The notes beneath the pieces were generated by a model. The model searched no databases. It was not told the DNA's origin and was given only the letters and a program-made list of their open reading frames with translations. From assembly GCA_965215505.1 (NCBI GenBank), contig OZ244065.1, positions 2,240,001 to 2,304,000 of the forward strand: DNA of 64,000 nt. The letters are read 5' to 3'. Below, one piece after another: positions 28,643 through 37,903 of this stretch (its first letter is position 1; each line of letters starts with the position of its first letter). The stretch is from Capsulimonadaceae bacterium (GTDB lineage Bacteria > Armatimonadota > Armatimonadia > Armatimonadales > Capsulimonadaceae). The position numbers and the translations under genes were made by a program.

Positions 28643-28866
28643 TGTCACGCCTGCTGGACATACTTGTCGCCGCATCCCTGCTTCTCCTGCTGATGCCCGC
28701 TGTGCTACTCGTTCAGGTCGCGCTGGCGTCCAACAACCGGCGGCTCCATATCGGCCTGCAACGATCCAGCTTCGACAAACTGCCACTGCTGTTCCAGGTA
28801 TTGCAAGGCAGGTTGACGATCCGCGAGTGGTTGAGACTAATGGCATACGCCGCGTGGCGTGAATGA
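28642..28866 (+). CDS. Miniature bacterial sugar-transferase-like protein
   Basis: RLLDIL..LLLLLMP helix and SFDKLPLLFQVLQG; coupled to the upstream gene by TGATG. Confidence 0.5.
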   Translation: MSRLLDILVAASLLLLLMPAVLLVQVALASNNRRLHIGLQRSSFDKLPLLFQVLQGRLTIREWLRLMAYAAWRE

Positions 28867-28897
28867 ATATCGAAACAGTGAAGGAGGTGAACTAACC

Positions 28898-29026
28898 ATG
28901 CGAGTCCGCGCCAAAGAACTGCGCCGCACCCAGAAGCGTTCGGAAGAGCGCCACAAGGCCCGTCACAAGGACGACCCGAAGAACGCCGCCATCACGGCGG
29001 CGGCCACCCCCAAGCGGAAGCAATAG
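28898..29026 (+). CDS. Small basic protein (42 aa), absent from the ORF track
   Basis: AAGGAGGTGA SD; MRVRAKELRRTQKRSEERHKARHKDDPKNAAITAAATPKRKQ. Confidence 0.75.
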   Translation: MRVRAKELRRTQKRSEERHKARHKDDPKNAAITAAATPKRKQ

Positions 29027-29078
29027 CCTTCCCTGAGCGTCTGCGCCTTTCATCCCCCGTTTCTGGAAAGCCGGCCCG

Positions 29079-29324
29079 ATGGAAATCTCGGAAGTGGAAC
29101 GCCTGCGGGCGGCGGTGCGCGACGAGCGCATCTCCCTGCGCGAAGTGGAACTCATCAAGTACCGCGACAACCGCACGGCCCTGGTCGTCAAGCTCGTGAC
29201 CGGCGAAACCCTCGAAGGGGCGATTCGCTGGTACGACGACCAGGCCGTGCGTCTGGTGCAGGCCGACCGCGCCGAGGTGACGGTCTACCTGCACGCCGTC
29301 GCCTACTACCGGACGCGGGTCTGA
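29079..29324 (+). CDS. hfq: Hfq/Sm-like RNA chaperone (cyanobacterial type)
   Basis: Sm1 VKLVTGETLEGAIRWYD; Sm2 VYLHAVAY. Confidence 0.72.
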   Translation: MEISEVERLRAAVRDERISLREVELIKYRDNRTALVVKLVTGETLEGAIRWYDDQAVRLVQADRAEVTVYLHAVAYYRTRV

Positions 29325-29421
29325 GCCGCCGCCGGTAGCGGAATAGGAACAACAAAAACCGCCCCCGTTCTTCTGTCGCCAGGAGAGCCGGAGCGGTTGT
29401 TTTTTGCGACAGGTTAGAAAT

Positions 29422-29496
29422 TGGAGGTGCCGGCCAGAATCGAACTGGCGCATAAAGGTTTTGCAGACCTCTCCCTTACCACTTGGGCACGGCACC
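29422..29496 (-). tRNA. tRNA-Cys(GCA)
   Basis: GGTGCCGTGCCCAAGTGGTAAGG...CTGCAAA...GTTCGATTC...GGCACCTCCA. Confidence 0.96.
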
Positions 29497-29528
29497 GAGG
29501 AGAAACAAAGATGTATCAGAAAAGGGTA

Positions 29529-29600
<72 letters not shown>

Positions 29601-29609
29601 ATTGAGTCT

Positions 29610-29638
29610 ATTATATTCGCCCGGCGCGGCTTTGTCAA
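29610..29638 (-). promoter_or_regulatory. Consensus sigma70 promoter of tRNA-Gly/Cys
   Basis: TTGACA-17-TATAAT on the minus strand. Confidence 0.88.
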
Positions 29639-29770
29639 GGCCCCGGCGGGTTTTTCGTTTGGGGCGGAGAGAACGGGAACGGGCCACCGGATTTACAGGC
29701 ATCGGAATTGGTGTATAATGAAAGTCAGGCAGCGCGACACGGGCTGGCTGCCGGAGACGGAGGAAGTAGT

Positions 29771-31003
29771 ATGACCAAGAAGATGACTAAGAACAACACG
29801 ATAATCCTGGGGGCTGGGCTGGCGCTGACGCTGCTCTCGGGCGCGGCACTGGCACAGAGCGGGGGCACGTCGCAGACGCAGGACACGCAGAACATGACGG
29901 CGGGGGCGGTCCAGCACGGGACCAAGACAGCCTACCAGGAAAAGCTTCAGGACGCCTACAGCGACTACAGCGCCGAGCGCTACCCGAAGGCGACCTCCGA
30001 GCTGCAAGAAATCCTCAAGAAAGAGCCGAACAATTTGCAGGCCCACCTGATGATGGCGGCCATCTACCAGAAGCAGAACAAGGTCGCCGAGATGGTCCCG
30101 GAGCTGGAGGCCGCCGCGCGGCTGGACCCCAAGGACGCCAACACTCAGAACAACCTGGGGGTGGCCTACCTCCAGACCGGCAGCTTCGACAAGGCGGTGA
30201 CGGTCTTCAAGGCGGCTCAGGCGCGCAGCCCCAAGGATGCCACCGTCGCCTATGACCTGGGGCTGGCGCTGTCGCAGACCGGCAAGACAGATGAGGCGAT
30301 CCCGGCGTTCCAGAACGCCATCAAGATCAAACCGACCGCCGTCGCCTATGAACAGCTCGGCGTGGCTTTGGAGCAGTCCGGCAAGAACGCCGAGGCGGCG
30401 ACCGCGTTTGAGTCGGCCACCAGCCTGAATCCCAAGGACCCACAGCCGGTCCTGTATGCGGGCATGATGTACCACCAGACGGGCCACGACGACAAGGCGA
30501 TCCCGGCGCTCCAGAAGGCGCTGACGCTGGGGACGCAGGACAAGTTCGGCGCGCACATGGTGCTGGCGGAGGCTTACGGACACGCTGGCAAGACGGTGGA
30601 GGCCATCGCCGAGTACAAGCAGGCGTCGGTGATCAAGCCAGACGACTTCGGGGCTGCGGCGAACCTGGGCGTCCTGAGCCAGAACGCCGGCCAGAAGGCG
30701 GACGCCGTGGCGGCCTACCGACAGGCGCTCACGCTCAAGGCACCCTCTCCCGAGGCGACGGCGCAGGTTCAGGAAAGTCTCGGGGAGATGCTGGCTCAGG
30801 ACGGCAGCCCCGACGAGGCCGTGACGCTTCTGACTCAGGCGGCGCAGAACGACCCGAAGAACGCGCAGTACGAGGGCGACCTCGGGTTGGTGTACGAGAA
30901 GCAGGGCAAGAAGGATCTGGCCGTCGCGGCCTACCAGAAGGCTCTGACACTGGACGCGCACCAGCCGGAGTCGGTGCAGGGACTGGCGCGGCTGAAGAAG
31001 TAG
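29771..31003 (+). CDS. Secreted TPR-repeat protein
   Basis: Signal peptide; repeated 34-aa TPR units. Confidence 0.92.
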   Translation: MTKKMTKNNTIILGAGLALTLLSGAALAQSGGTSQTQDTQNMTAGAVQHGTKTAYQEKLQDAYSDYSAERYPKATSELQEILKKEPNNLQAHLMMAAIYQKQNKVAEMVPELEAAARLDPKDANTQNNLGVAYLQTGSFDKAVTVFKAAQARSPKDATVAYDLGLALSQTGKTDEAIPAFQNAIKIKPTAVAYEQLGVALEQSGKNAEAATAFESATSLNPKDPQPVLYAGMMYHQTGHDDKAIPALQKALTLGTQDKFGAHMVLAEAYGHAGKTVEAIAEYKQASVIKPDDFGAAANLGVLSQNAGQKADAVAAYRQALTLKAPSPEATAQVQESLGEMLAQDGSPDEAVTLLTQAAQNDPKNAQYEGDLGLVYEKQGKKDLAVAAYQKALTLDAHQPESVQGLARLKK

Positions 31004-31023
31004 CGTCGCCCAAGAGCGGGGAA

Positions 31024-31160
31024 GACGAGTGACTGAAGTCACTCACTCCCGTCGGACCTGTCCAGGGGACAGCAGAACACCGGCAGAGCGGAAGGGGCGA
31101 CACCGCCCTATCCTCGTGTCCCTTGGACACTTGCCTTTGGAGCGAGTGACTTCGGTCGCT
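31024..31160. repeat. Palindromic doublet element (family D)
   Basis: Inverted ends AGTGACTGAAGTCACTCACTCC / GGAGCGAGTGACTTCGGTCGCT; a half copy recurs at 58843-58890. Confidence 0.75.
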
Positions 31161-31251
31161 TGTGTTCGACGAACGGCCCTGAGCAGTAATGCTCAGGGCC
31201 GCTGTTGTTTTGGGTCTGCCGCTTCAGGTCTGTCGTTTCAGGCCTGTCGTT

Positions 31252-31527
31252 TCAGGCCACGGCGGCGAAGCCCGAAAACTCGCCGGTCGGCTCGCCCCAG
31301 GCGGTGGCGACCTCGGTGACCTCGGCGGCGTGGGGGCCGTGCCGGAGCGACTTGAGGAACTCGTGGAGGGTTTCCTCCTCGGCCTCCGCGACGGCCTCGA
31401 CGCCGCCGTCCTCAATGTTCCGCACCGTCCCGACCACGCCCAATTCCAGGGCGACGTGGCTGGCGAAGTAGCGGTATCCGACGCCCTGCACCCGTCCCGA
31501 AACCCGTGCCTGCACTCGCTTTGTCAT
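31252..31527 (-). CDS. acyP: Acylphosphatase
   Basis: VSGRVQGVGYR and VRN motifs. Confidence 0.95.
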   Translation of the reverse strand: MTKRVQARVSGRVQGVGYRYFASHVALELGVVGTVRNIEDGGVEAVAEAEEETLHEFLKSLRHGPHAAEVTEVATAWGEPTGEFSGFAAVA

Positions 31528-31556
31528 GGCATCCTCTTTTCTGGCAGCTTTCGCCG

Positions 31557-32144
31557 CTACTTCGCCAGCGTCACTTTGGTCATCTTGTCGCCGACTTGCA
31601 GCTTCCCGGCCACGTCGAGGCCCTTGATGACCTGCCCGAAGACGGCGTATTTGTTGTCAAGGAAGTGGACGGGGTTGACGCAGATGTAGAACTGAGACCC
31701 GGCGGAGTCCGGGGCGCTCGTGCGGGCCATCGCGACGGCACCAGCGATGTGGGTCAGCGGGTTGTCAACGCCGTTCTCCTTGAACTCGCCCTTGATCATG
31801 TAGCCGGGTCCTCCCGAGCCGTTGCCGGCGGGGTCGCCGCCCTGGACGATCTTGGAGGTGCCTGGAGCGCCGAGGTCGGTGATGCGGTGAAAGCTCAGGC
31901 CGTTATAAAAGCCCTTCTTGACCAGCTTCTCGAAATTGGCGACGGTGATGGGGGCGTCCTTCGGGTAGAGCTTGATCAGGATAACGCCGCGCGTCGTCAC
32001 CATGCGGACGACGGGCGCGGCGGACGCGGAATGGGCGGCCATCGGGTGAGCGGGCTTGGGCGGCGCGGACAGGGCGGGCGATGCGAGGGCAGCAGCGCCA
32101 ATCGCAGCGAGCGCGGCGGACAGGCGGGGAGAGCGAAGCTTCAT
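31557..32144 (-). CDS. Cyclophilin-type peptidyl-prolyl isomerase, secreted
   Basis: FHR, QGGDP, AMAR, SAGSQFYI and YAVFGQV motifs. Confidence 0.95.
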   Translation of the reverse strand: MKLRSPRLSAALAAIGAAALASPALSAPPKPAHPMAAHSASAAPVVRMVTTRGVILIKLYPKDAPITVANFEKLVKKGFYNGLSFHRITDLGAPGTSKIVQGGDPAGNGSGGPGYMIKGEFKENGVDNPLTHIAGAVAMARTSAPDSAGSQFYICVNPVHFLDNKYAVFGQVIKGLDVAGKLQVGDKMTKVTLAK

Positions 32145-32202
32145 GGAGTCTCCTTTGGTGTGACTTCTTCAGCCGACATTGTAGCACGCGGGCCGCCGCG
32201 CG

Positions 32203-33108
32203 TCAAGGGAGCGGACGCTGTGAAAGCGGGCGGCGGCAGAAGCCGCGCAGCGCCCCGGCGAAGCCCGCCGGGTCGGTGTCCATCGGGCAGTGATGGGCGG
32301 TCGGGAAGACCACAAGTTCGGCCCCGGTCAGGGCGTCTGCCAGGGCGATGGACCCGGCGAGGGGGACAACGGCATCCCGCGCGCCGTGCAGGATCAAGAC
32401 GGGCAGGCGCAGGGCGAGGAGCCGCGTCGTTGGCAGCGGGTTGTCGGTGAGCGCCTGGAGCTGACGCTGGAGCATGCGGTCGTCCGGGTTTGCAAGGCCG
32501 TACCAGTGCGTCCGCCGCGCTTGGGCCTGCCAGAAGCCGAGCGGGTTGTCGGGGCGGGTCCGACGTCCTGCCGCCGCCAGGGGCAAGGAGGCCAGACGCA
32601 TCAGGCGTAGGGCTGGGATGCCCAAGCGACCGTGCAGCGGCCAGCGGGCGCGGACCGGCAGCGCGGTGGGGTCCAGGGCGGCATCCACGAGGACCAGGCG
32701 GCGGGCGAGGCCCGGATAGTCGAGGGCGACCTGGGCGGCGAGGTTACCGCCCAGCGAGTGGCCGACGAGGGTGACGTGGTCCAGCCCAAGCCGAACACAC
32801 GTCTCGGCCACCCACCGCGCCGTGTCCGACATCGTCCGCAGGCTTGGCGGCAGGGCGGTCCTGCCGGTGCCGGGCAGATCCAGGGCGATGCCCCGGAACT
32901 CGCCGGACAGCCGGGCCAGCGTGTTCCACCACAGCTCCTTGCTGCCGCCCCAGCCGTGCAGGTAGAGGAGCGTTTCGGGCGCGTCCTCCGGCCCCGCCGC
33001 CAGCGCGCCGACACCGGGGAGGGCCGGCAGGTCAGCCGGAGTCGCCGCCACCGCCAAAGTCCCCTCCCCCTCCGAAGTCGGCCCCGCCGCCGAAGTCTGC
33101 GCCGCCAC
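32203..33108 (-). CDS. Alpha/beta hydrolase
   Basis: LHGWGG, GHSLGG and GARD..VP motifs; start uncertain (possibly ~33051-33057). Confidence 0.88.
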   Translation of the reverse strand: MAAQTSAAGPTSEGEGTLAVAATPADLPALPGVGALAAGPEDAPETLLYLHGWGGSKELWWNTLARLSGEFRGIALDLPGTGRTALPPSLRTMSDTARWVAETCVRLGLDHVTLVGHSLGGNLAAQVALDYPGLARRLVLVDAALDPTALPVRARWPLHGRLGIPALRLMRLASLPLAAAGRRTRPDNPLGFWQAQARRTHWYGLANPDDRMLQRQLQALTDNPLPTTRLLALRLPVLILHGARDAVVPLAGSIALADALTGAELVVFPTAHHCPMDTDPAGFAGALRGFCRRPLSQRPLP

Positions 33109-34588
33109 TGTCGAACCCGCCGCTGTCCGTCATGAAGTCGGAACCGCCGGTGTCGGTGTAACCGCCGGAGTTGTCGTAGGCCGCCCCATTCGTCATGAAG
33201 TCGGAGCCACCGGTGTCGGTGTAGCCACCTCCCTGATAGCCGCCGTCCTGCATCGGCGCATCATAGCCCTGGTATATGGGCATGTCCGTTGCGAAAGCGT
33301 AGGGCGCATAGCCCATCCCGTAGGCGGGCGTGAGCAGGCCGCCCAGGAGTTCCGCGCCGACGAAGCCCGCGACCACGCCCCCGCCGAAGCCGCCCCAGCC
33401 GGCGTTCTCGTAGCGCCAGTAGTCGTTGTACGGGTCGTAGCCGTTGTAGGCGTACCAGGGGACATACTGGCCGCCCTGCTGGAAGGCCAGCACCTGCGGC
33501 ATCCGGCCCGCGCGCAGCTCGTTGGCCTCGTCGGGCGTCACTAGAACCTGACGGCTCTGGCCGCCGACGGTGAGCGTGACGGGGACGAGCGACCCCAGGG
33601 GCGCGGGCCGGCCCGAAAAGAACGAGACGCCGCGCTGGTTCTGCGGGATGGCGGCGACCTCGGGCTGGCTGTCCGGGAGCGGCGCGGGGCGCACGGCGTC
33701 GTCGCCAGGGATGTTCCCCACACCGCCGGTCGCGCGGTCCTGGTAGCGGCGGGCCTGGTCTATGTCCGCCTGGGCCTGGGCGAAGAGGGCCTGCGCCCGG
33801 TTCAGGTCGGTCAGCTCGGTCGCGCGGTCCATCGTCTTGACCGCCTGCTCGTACCGAGCCGAGGCGGACTGCCGGAAGGCACGCACCTGATCCGAGTCGG
33901 GGTTGTTCTTGGGCAGGACGTCCATGTAGCCGTCCAGGTACTCGATGCCGCTCAGGACATGCTCCCGGAGCGACTGGATCGGCCCGCGCGCCGCCGTGAG
34001 CGTCTGCCGCTTGCGCCGGGAGGCGGCGAGGAGCAGGCCGCCGATGACCAGGACCACGACGAGGAACACGACCCACAGGCCCGCCGAACTCCGGTATTCC
34101 TTGCCGTTGATGTCCGAGGCGACCGCCTGCGCCAGTGCCGCCGTGCCGTCCGTCGGATTGGTGAAGATAGCCGAGGCGTACTGCCGCGCGAGGCGCGTGT
34201 TTTCCTGCTCGTCCAGGCCCGTCGAGACGACCGTTACACCCGCCGTACCGGCCCCCTGGCCGTGAAGCACCACGACGACGAGGCCGTCCTTGTCAAGCCC
34301 CAGGCTCTGGTGCAGTTGATGGGCGTAGCCGTTCCGATTGCTCTGGCCCGGGGGCAGGGTCGCCAGCACGGCGATCTTAATGCGGGTGTGCGGGTTGCCC
34401 TGGGCCTGCATCGCCGCCTGCTCCAGCGTTTGGACGTTCACGCCGCTGATGCTTGGGTCCACATAGACGTTGCCCGCCGATAGGGCCTGAAAAGCCTGGT
34501 CAAGATCGCCCTGCTGCGCCCATGCGACTCCGGAGGTCAGCAGGCACAGCAGCAGGGCGAGGAGCGGGACGAAAGATTTGCGGATCAT
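33032..34588 (-). CDS. Membrane protein with TPM-like N-terminus and Gly/Tyr/Asp-rich tail
   Basis: Signal peptide, one TM helix, duplicated GGYTDTGGSDFMT and GGGDF repeats. Confidence 0.75.
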   Translation of the reverse strand: MIRKSFVPLLALLLCLLTSGVAWAQQGDLDQAFQALSAGNVYVDPSISGVNVQTLEQAAMQAQGNPHTRIKIAVLATLPPGQSNRNGYAHQLHQSLGLDKDGLVVVVLHGQGAGTAGVTVVSTGLDEQENTRLARQYASAIFTNPTDGTAALAQAVASDINGKEYRSSAGLWVVFLVVVLVIGGLLLAASRRKRQTLTAARGPIQSLREHVLSGIEYLDGYMDVLPKNNPDSDQVRAFRQSASARYEQAVKTMDRATELTDLNRAQALFAQAQADIDQARRYQDRATGGVGNIPGDDAVRPAPLPDSQPEVAAIPQNQRGVSFFSGRPAPLGSLVPVTLTVGGQSRQVLVTPDEANELRAGRMPQVLAFQQGGQYVPWYAYNGYDPYNDYWRYENAGWGGFGGGVVAGFVGAELLGGLLTPAYGMGYAPYAFATDMPIYQGYDAPMQDGGYQGGGYTDTGGSDFMTNGAAYDNSGGYTDTGGSDFMTDSGGFDSGGADFGGGADFGGGGDFGGGGDSG

Positions 34589-34684
34589 TGGTGTCTCCGA
34601 TTGGCTCTACGGGTTGGGAATCGGCTTCGTTTCGGGAGCAGGCAGGCTGTCCCCTAACGTATCATACCCAAAGGAGGGCCTGCC

Positions 34685-35446
34685 ATGTTACTCGACGACA
34701 TCCTGACGACCCTGCGGCGGCTCGCGCCGGAAGAAACCGCGCTGGACGGTGACCCGGTCGGCCTGCTCATCGGGCGCGAGGCGGGGGACGTGACGCGGGT
34801 CGGCGTCTGCCTGGACTGCACGCCGGACGCGGCCCGGCGGACCGTAGAAGGAGACATCCACCTGGTCGTCGCCCACCACCCCTTGATCTACCGGCCTTTG
34901 AAGCGGCTGGGGACTGACCCCGTTTCGCGCGCCGTCGCCATGTTGGTGAAGGCCGACATCGCGCTGTATGCGATGCACACGAACTGGGACAGGGCGGCGG
35001 GCGGCATCAACGACACGCTGGCGGAGTGCCTGGAACTGAAGGAAGTCAGGCCGCTGGGGGCGGAGGGGGAGGCATCCCTGCCGCGCATCGGCGACCTCGC
35101 CCCGCCGCGCCCGCTGGCTGACTTCGTAAGATTTGTCGAGGCGGCCCTGGGGTGCGCGGGGACGAGCGCCCTGCGCGTGAACGGGGTTGACCCGAGCCGG
35201 ATGATCTCGCGGGTGGCGGTCTGCGGCGGTGCGGGCGCGGGGCTGGCCGAGGCCGCCCTTGCAGCGGGGGCGGAGGCGTATGTGACGAGCGACGTGCGCC
35301 ACCACGAGTTCTGGGAGGCCGAGGCGCGCGGTCTGGCCCTGCTGGACGCCGGGCATTCCGCGACCGAAACGCCCGGAATGCGCGCCCTGGTCCGGTCCCT
35401 GCCTGGGCTTCTGGAAGGGGTGGAAGTGGTGTGGGTGGGTGACTGA
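34685..35446 (+). CDS. Nif3-like dinuclear metal centre protein
   Basis: DPVGL, AHHP, HTNWD, CGGAG and GHSATE motifs. Confidence 0.93.
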   Translation: MLLDDILTTLRRLAPEETALDGDPVGLLIGREAGDVTRVGVCLDCTPDAARRTVEGDIHLVVAHHPLIYRPLKRLGTDPVSRAVAMLVKADIALYAMHTNWDRAAGGINDTLAECLELKEVRPLGAEGEASLPRIGDLAPPRPLADFVRFVEAALGCAGTSALRVNGVDPSRMISRVAVCGGAGAGLAEAALAAGAEAYVTSDVRHHEFWEAEARGLALLDAGHSATETPGMRALVRSLPGLLEGVEVVWVGD

Positions 35447-35511
35447 GGCGGACCCCCTCCCCCGCAAGCGGGAGAGGGGCCGGGGGTGGGGGTCCGCCTC
35501 AGTCACCCACC
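35434..35511. repeat. 24-bp perfect inverted repeat enclosing a family B palindrome
   Basis: Arms at 35434-35457 and 35488-35511. Confidence 0.9.
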
Positions 35512-36842
35512 TTCTTCCGCACCAGGGAGGCGATCTCGTGGGCGAGGGCGTCTATCTCGGCCTGATCCGGGCCTTCGGCCATGACGCGCACCAGCTTTTC
35601 GGTGCCGGAGGCGCGGACGTTGACCCGGCCCCGGCCAGCCAGCCGGGCTTCGGTGGCCTGGATCGCCTTGGTGATGTCGGGGTCGGAGGCCCAGGACTGC
35701 CGATCGCGCACGCGGACGCCGAGAAGAATCTGCGGGTACTCGGTCATCTGGTCGGCCAGGGCGGACAGCGGGCGGCCCGTCTCGCGCATCACTTTCAGCA
35801 CTTGCAGGGCGGTCAGCAGGCCGTCGCCGGTCGTGGTCAGGTGGCCGAAGATCAGGTGCCCGGACTTCTCGCCGCCCAGGACGTGGCCGTCCCGCCGCAT
35901 GGCTTCGGAGACATAGCGGTCACCGACGGCGGTCCGCAGCAGGGTCAGCCCGGACTCGCGCAGGGCCACTTCCAGGCCCATGTTGCTCATGATGGTGCCG
36001 ACGACGGTGTCGTTCGCCAGTTTGCCCGACGCGGCCAGGTGCCGGCCCACCAGCAGCATGACGCGGTCGCCGTCCACCTTGCGACCCAGTTCGTCGGACA
36101 GGATCACGCGGTCGGCGTCGCCATCGAAGGCCAGGCCCATGTCCGCGCGTTCGGCGATGGTCCGCTGCATCATCTCCTCGGGATGGAGCGAGCCGCACCC
36201 GGCGTTGATGTTGACGCCGTCCGGGTCGCAGTGCAGGGCGACGACATCGGCCCCCAAGTCGGCGAAGACGCGCGGGCCGAGGACGGAGTTGGCCCCGTTC
36301 GCCGCGTCCAGGACGACGCGCAACCCGGCGAGCGAGACGCCGTCCATGGTTTCTTCCAGGTGTTCGGCGTACAGGCCCGCCAGGGCGGTGTCGTGGGTCA
36401 GCCTGCCCACGGCGGCCCCCGAGGGCCGCTCCCAAGTGTCAACCAGGGCGAGATGCGCCTCGATCTCGGCCTCCAGGGCGTCGTCCAGCTTGTAGCCATC
36501 CCCACCGAAGAACTTGATGCCGTTGTCGGCAAAGGGGTTGTGCGAGGCGGAGATGACGACCCCGGCATCGAAGCCCTGCATCCGCGCGATCCCCGCCACG
36601 GCCGGGGTCGGGACGACGCCCGCCGTGACGACGTGGGCGCCTATTGAACACAGCCCCGCCGCCAGGGCGGACTCGAGCAGCGTGCCCGAGACGCGCGTGT
36701 CGCGGCCGATGATGAACCGGGGGGTGTGCCCCCGGCCCAGTGTCCGGGCGGCGGACGCCCCCAGCGCGAGGGCCAGGGCGGGGGTCAGCTCGGTGTTCGC
36801 AACGCCGCGCACGCCGTCGGTTCCAAATAACTTCTCGGCCAT
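35499..36842 (-). CDS. glmM: Phosphoglucosamine mutase
   Basis: FGTDGVRG, SASHNP, DGDADR and RASGTE motifs. Confidence 0.97.
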   Translation of the reverse strand: MAEKLFGTDGVRGVANTELTPALALALGASAARTLGRGHTPRFIIGRDTRVSGTLLESALAAGLCSIGAHVVTAGVVPTPAVAGIARMQGFDAGVVISASHNPFADNGIKFFGGDGYKLDDALEAEIEAHLALVDTWERPSGAAVGRLTHDTALAGLYAEHLEETMDGVSLAGLRVVLDAANGANSVLGPRVFADLGADVVALHCDPDGVNINAGCGSLHPEEMMQRTIAERADMGLAFDGDADRVILSDELGRKVDGDRVMLLVGRHLAASGKLANDTVVGTIMSNMGLEVALRESGLTLLRTAVGDRYVSEAMRRDGHVLGGEKSGHLIFGHLTTTGDGLLTALQVLKVMRETGRPLSALADQMTEYPQILLGVRVRDRQSWASDPDITKAIQATEARLAGRGRVNVRASGTEKLVRVMAEGPDQAEIDALAHEIASLVRKKVGD

Positions 36843-36872
36843 GGAAAGGGTGTGTTCTCCTGTGTCTAAATC

Positions 36873-37883
36873 TTAGGGTGCTGCGGTAGGCAGTAACGGG
36901 TGGGCCGGGGCCACGCCGGGCGCGGCAGGGGCGGCTGGGGCCGCGGGCGGCGCGATGACGTGGACGGTCACGATGATCGGGCCGCGCGGGGTGAGCGTGA
37001 CGCCGGGGGGGACGACCGGCTCGACGCGCCGCACCACGTCCGAGGTAGCCCCGGAGACGTCAATCGGCTGAGTCGTCAGTGTTCCGACGGGCGCGAGCCG
37101 TTCGGGCCGCCCCTCGGCGATGACGGTGGCGGGCGCGGCCTCGATGTTGCCGAAGCGGTAGGGCGCGGCGGGCATCCCCTTGACGTCGGCGCTGACGATC
37201 AGGGTCTTGCGGGACAGGGCGGGCGTCATCCCCATGCGGACATGGGCGGTGGGCGGAGTGACGGTGACATCCCCGACGGGGCTGCCGGCGGCGTCCAGGG
37301 CGACGATGGTGAAGTCGTCGTCCACCGCCCCCGCCGCCTGGTCCGGGTCGGCCTGAGCGACGAGGCGGACGACGGAGTTGACGGCCGCGCGAGTGCCGGT
37401 GATCACGGCCTCACGCGGCGTGATGACGGGGGCGGTAAAGGCATAGGCGGCGGGCGCGGTGCCGATGTCGTCGGCGCTGATGGGGAGCTGACGGCGACGG
37501 CGGGGCTGCAAGACCAGGGCCACCGGATGCGGATCGGTTTCAACGGTGACATCGGCGGGCAGGGCGGACAGGTGGACAGTCAGGGGGGGCGTCTGACCCG
37601 CCCGCGCGTGGGAGAGGTCCACCCAGGCGGTGACGGTCGTGTCGGTCAGGCGTCCGATATCATCGGGCGGGCCGTCCAGCGTGACCGAGACGGACGGCAG
37701 AGATCTGTCGTCCAGGATCAAGTTCGGCGGCAGGTTGTGGACGGTCAGCGGCAGCATCAGGATGTGCGGCGGGCGCGCATTGATCAGCCCGGCGGCGTAG
37801 AAGTGCAGGACGACGGCGAAGAACAGGCACAGCAGCTTGTACCCGAAGTTGTGGCGGAACGCGCGCTGGAGGAAGGCGAGCAT
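36873..37883 (-). CDS. cdaR: CdaR/YbbR-domain protein
   Basis: N-terminal TM helix, YbbR-like repeats, position between cdaA and glmM. Confidence 0.88.
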   Translation of the reverse strand: MLAFLQRAFRHNFGYKLLCLFFAVVLHFYAAGLINARPPHILMLPLTVHNLPPNLILDDRSLPSVSVTLDGPPDDIGRLTDTTVTAWVDLSHARAGQTPPLTVHLSALPADVTVETDPHPVALVLQPRRRRQLPISADDIGTAPAAYAFTAPVITPREAVITGTRAAVNSVVRLVAQADPDQAAGAVDDDFTIVALDAAGSPVGDVTVTPPTAHVRMGMTPALSRKTLIVSADVKGMPAAPYRFGNIEAAPATVIAEGRPERLAPVGTLTTQPIDVSGATSDVVRRVEPVVPPGVTLTPRGPIIVTVHVIAPPAAPAAPAAPGVAPAHPLLPTAAP

Positions 37884-37903
37884 GGTATGTCCTGGGCACC
37901 TTC

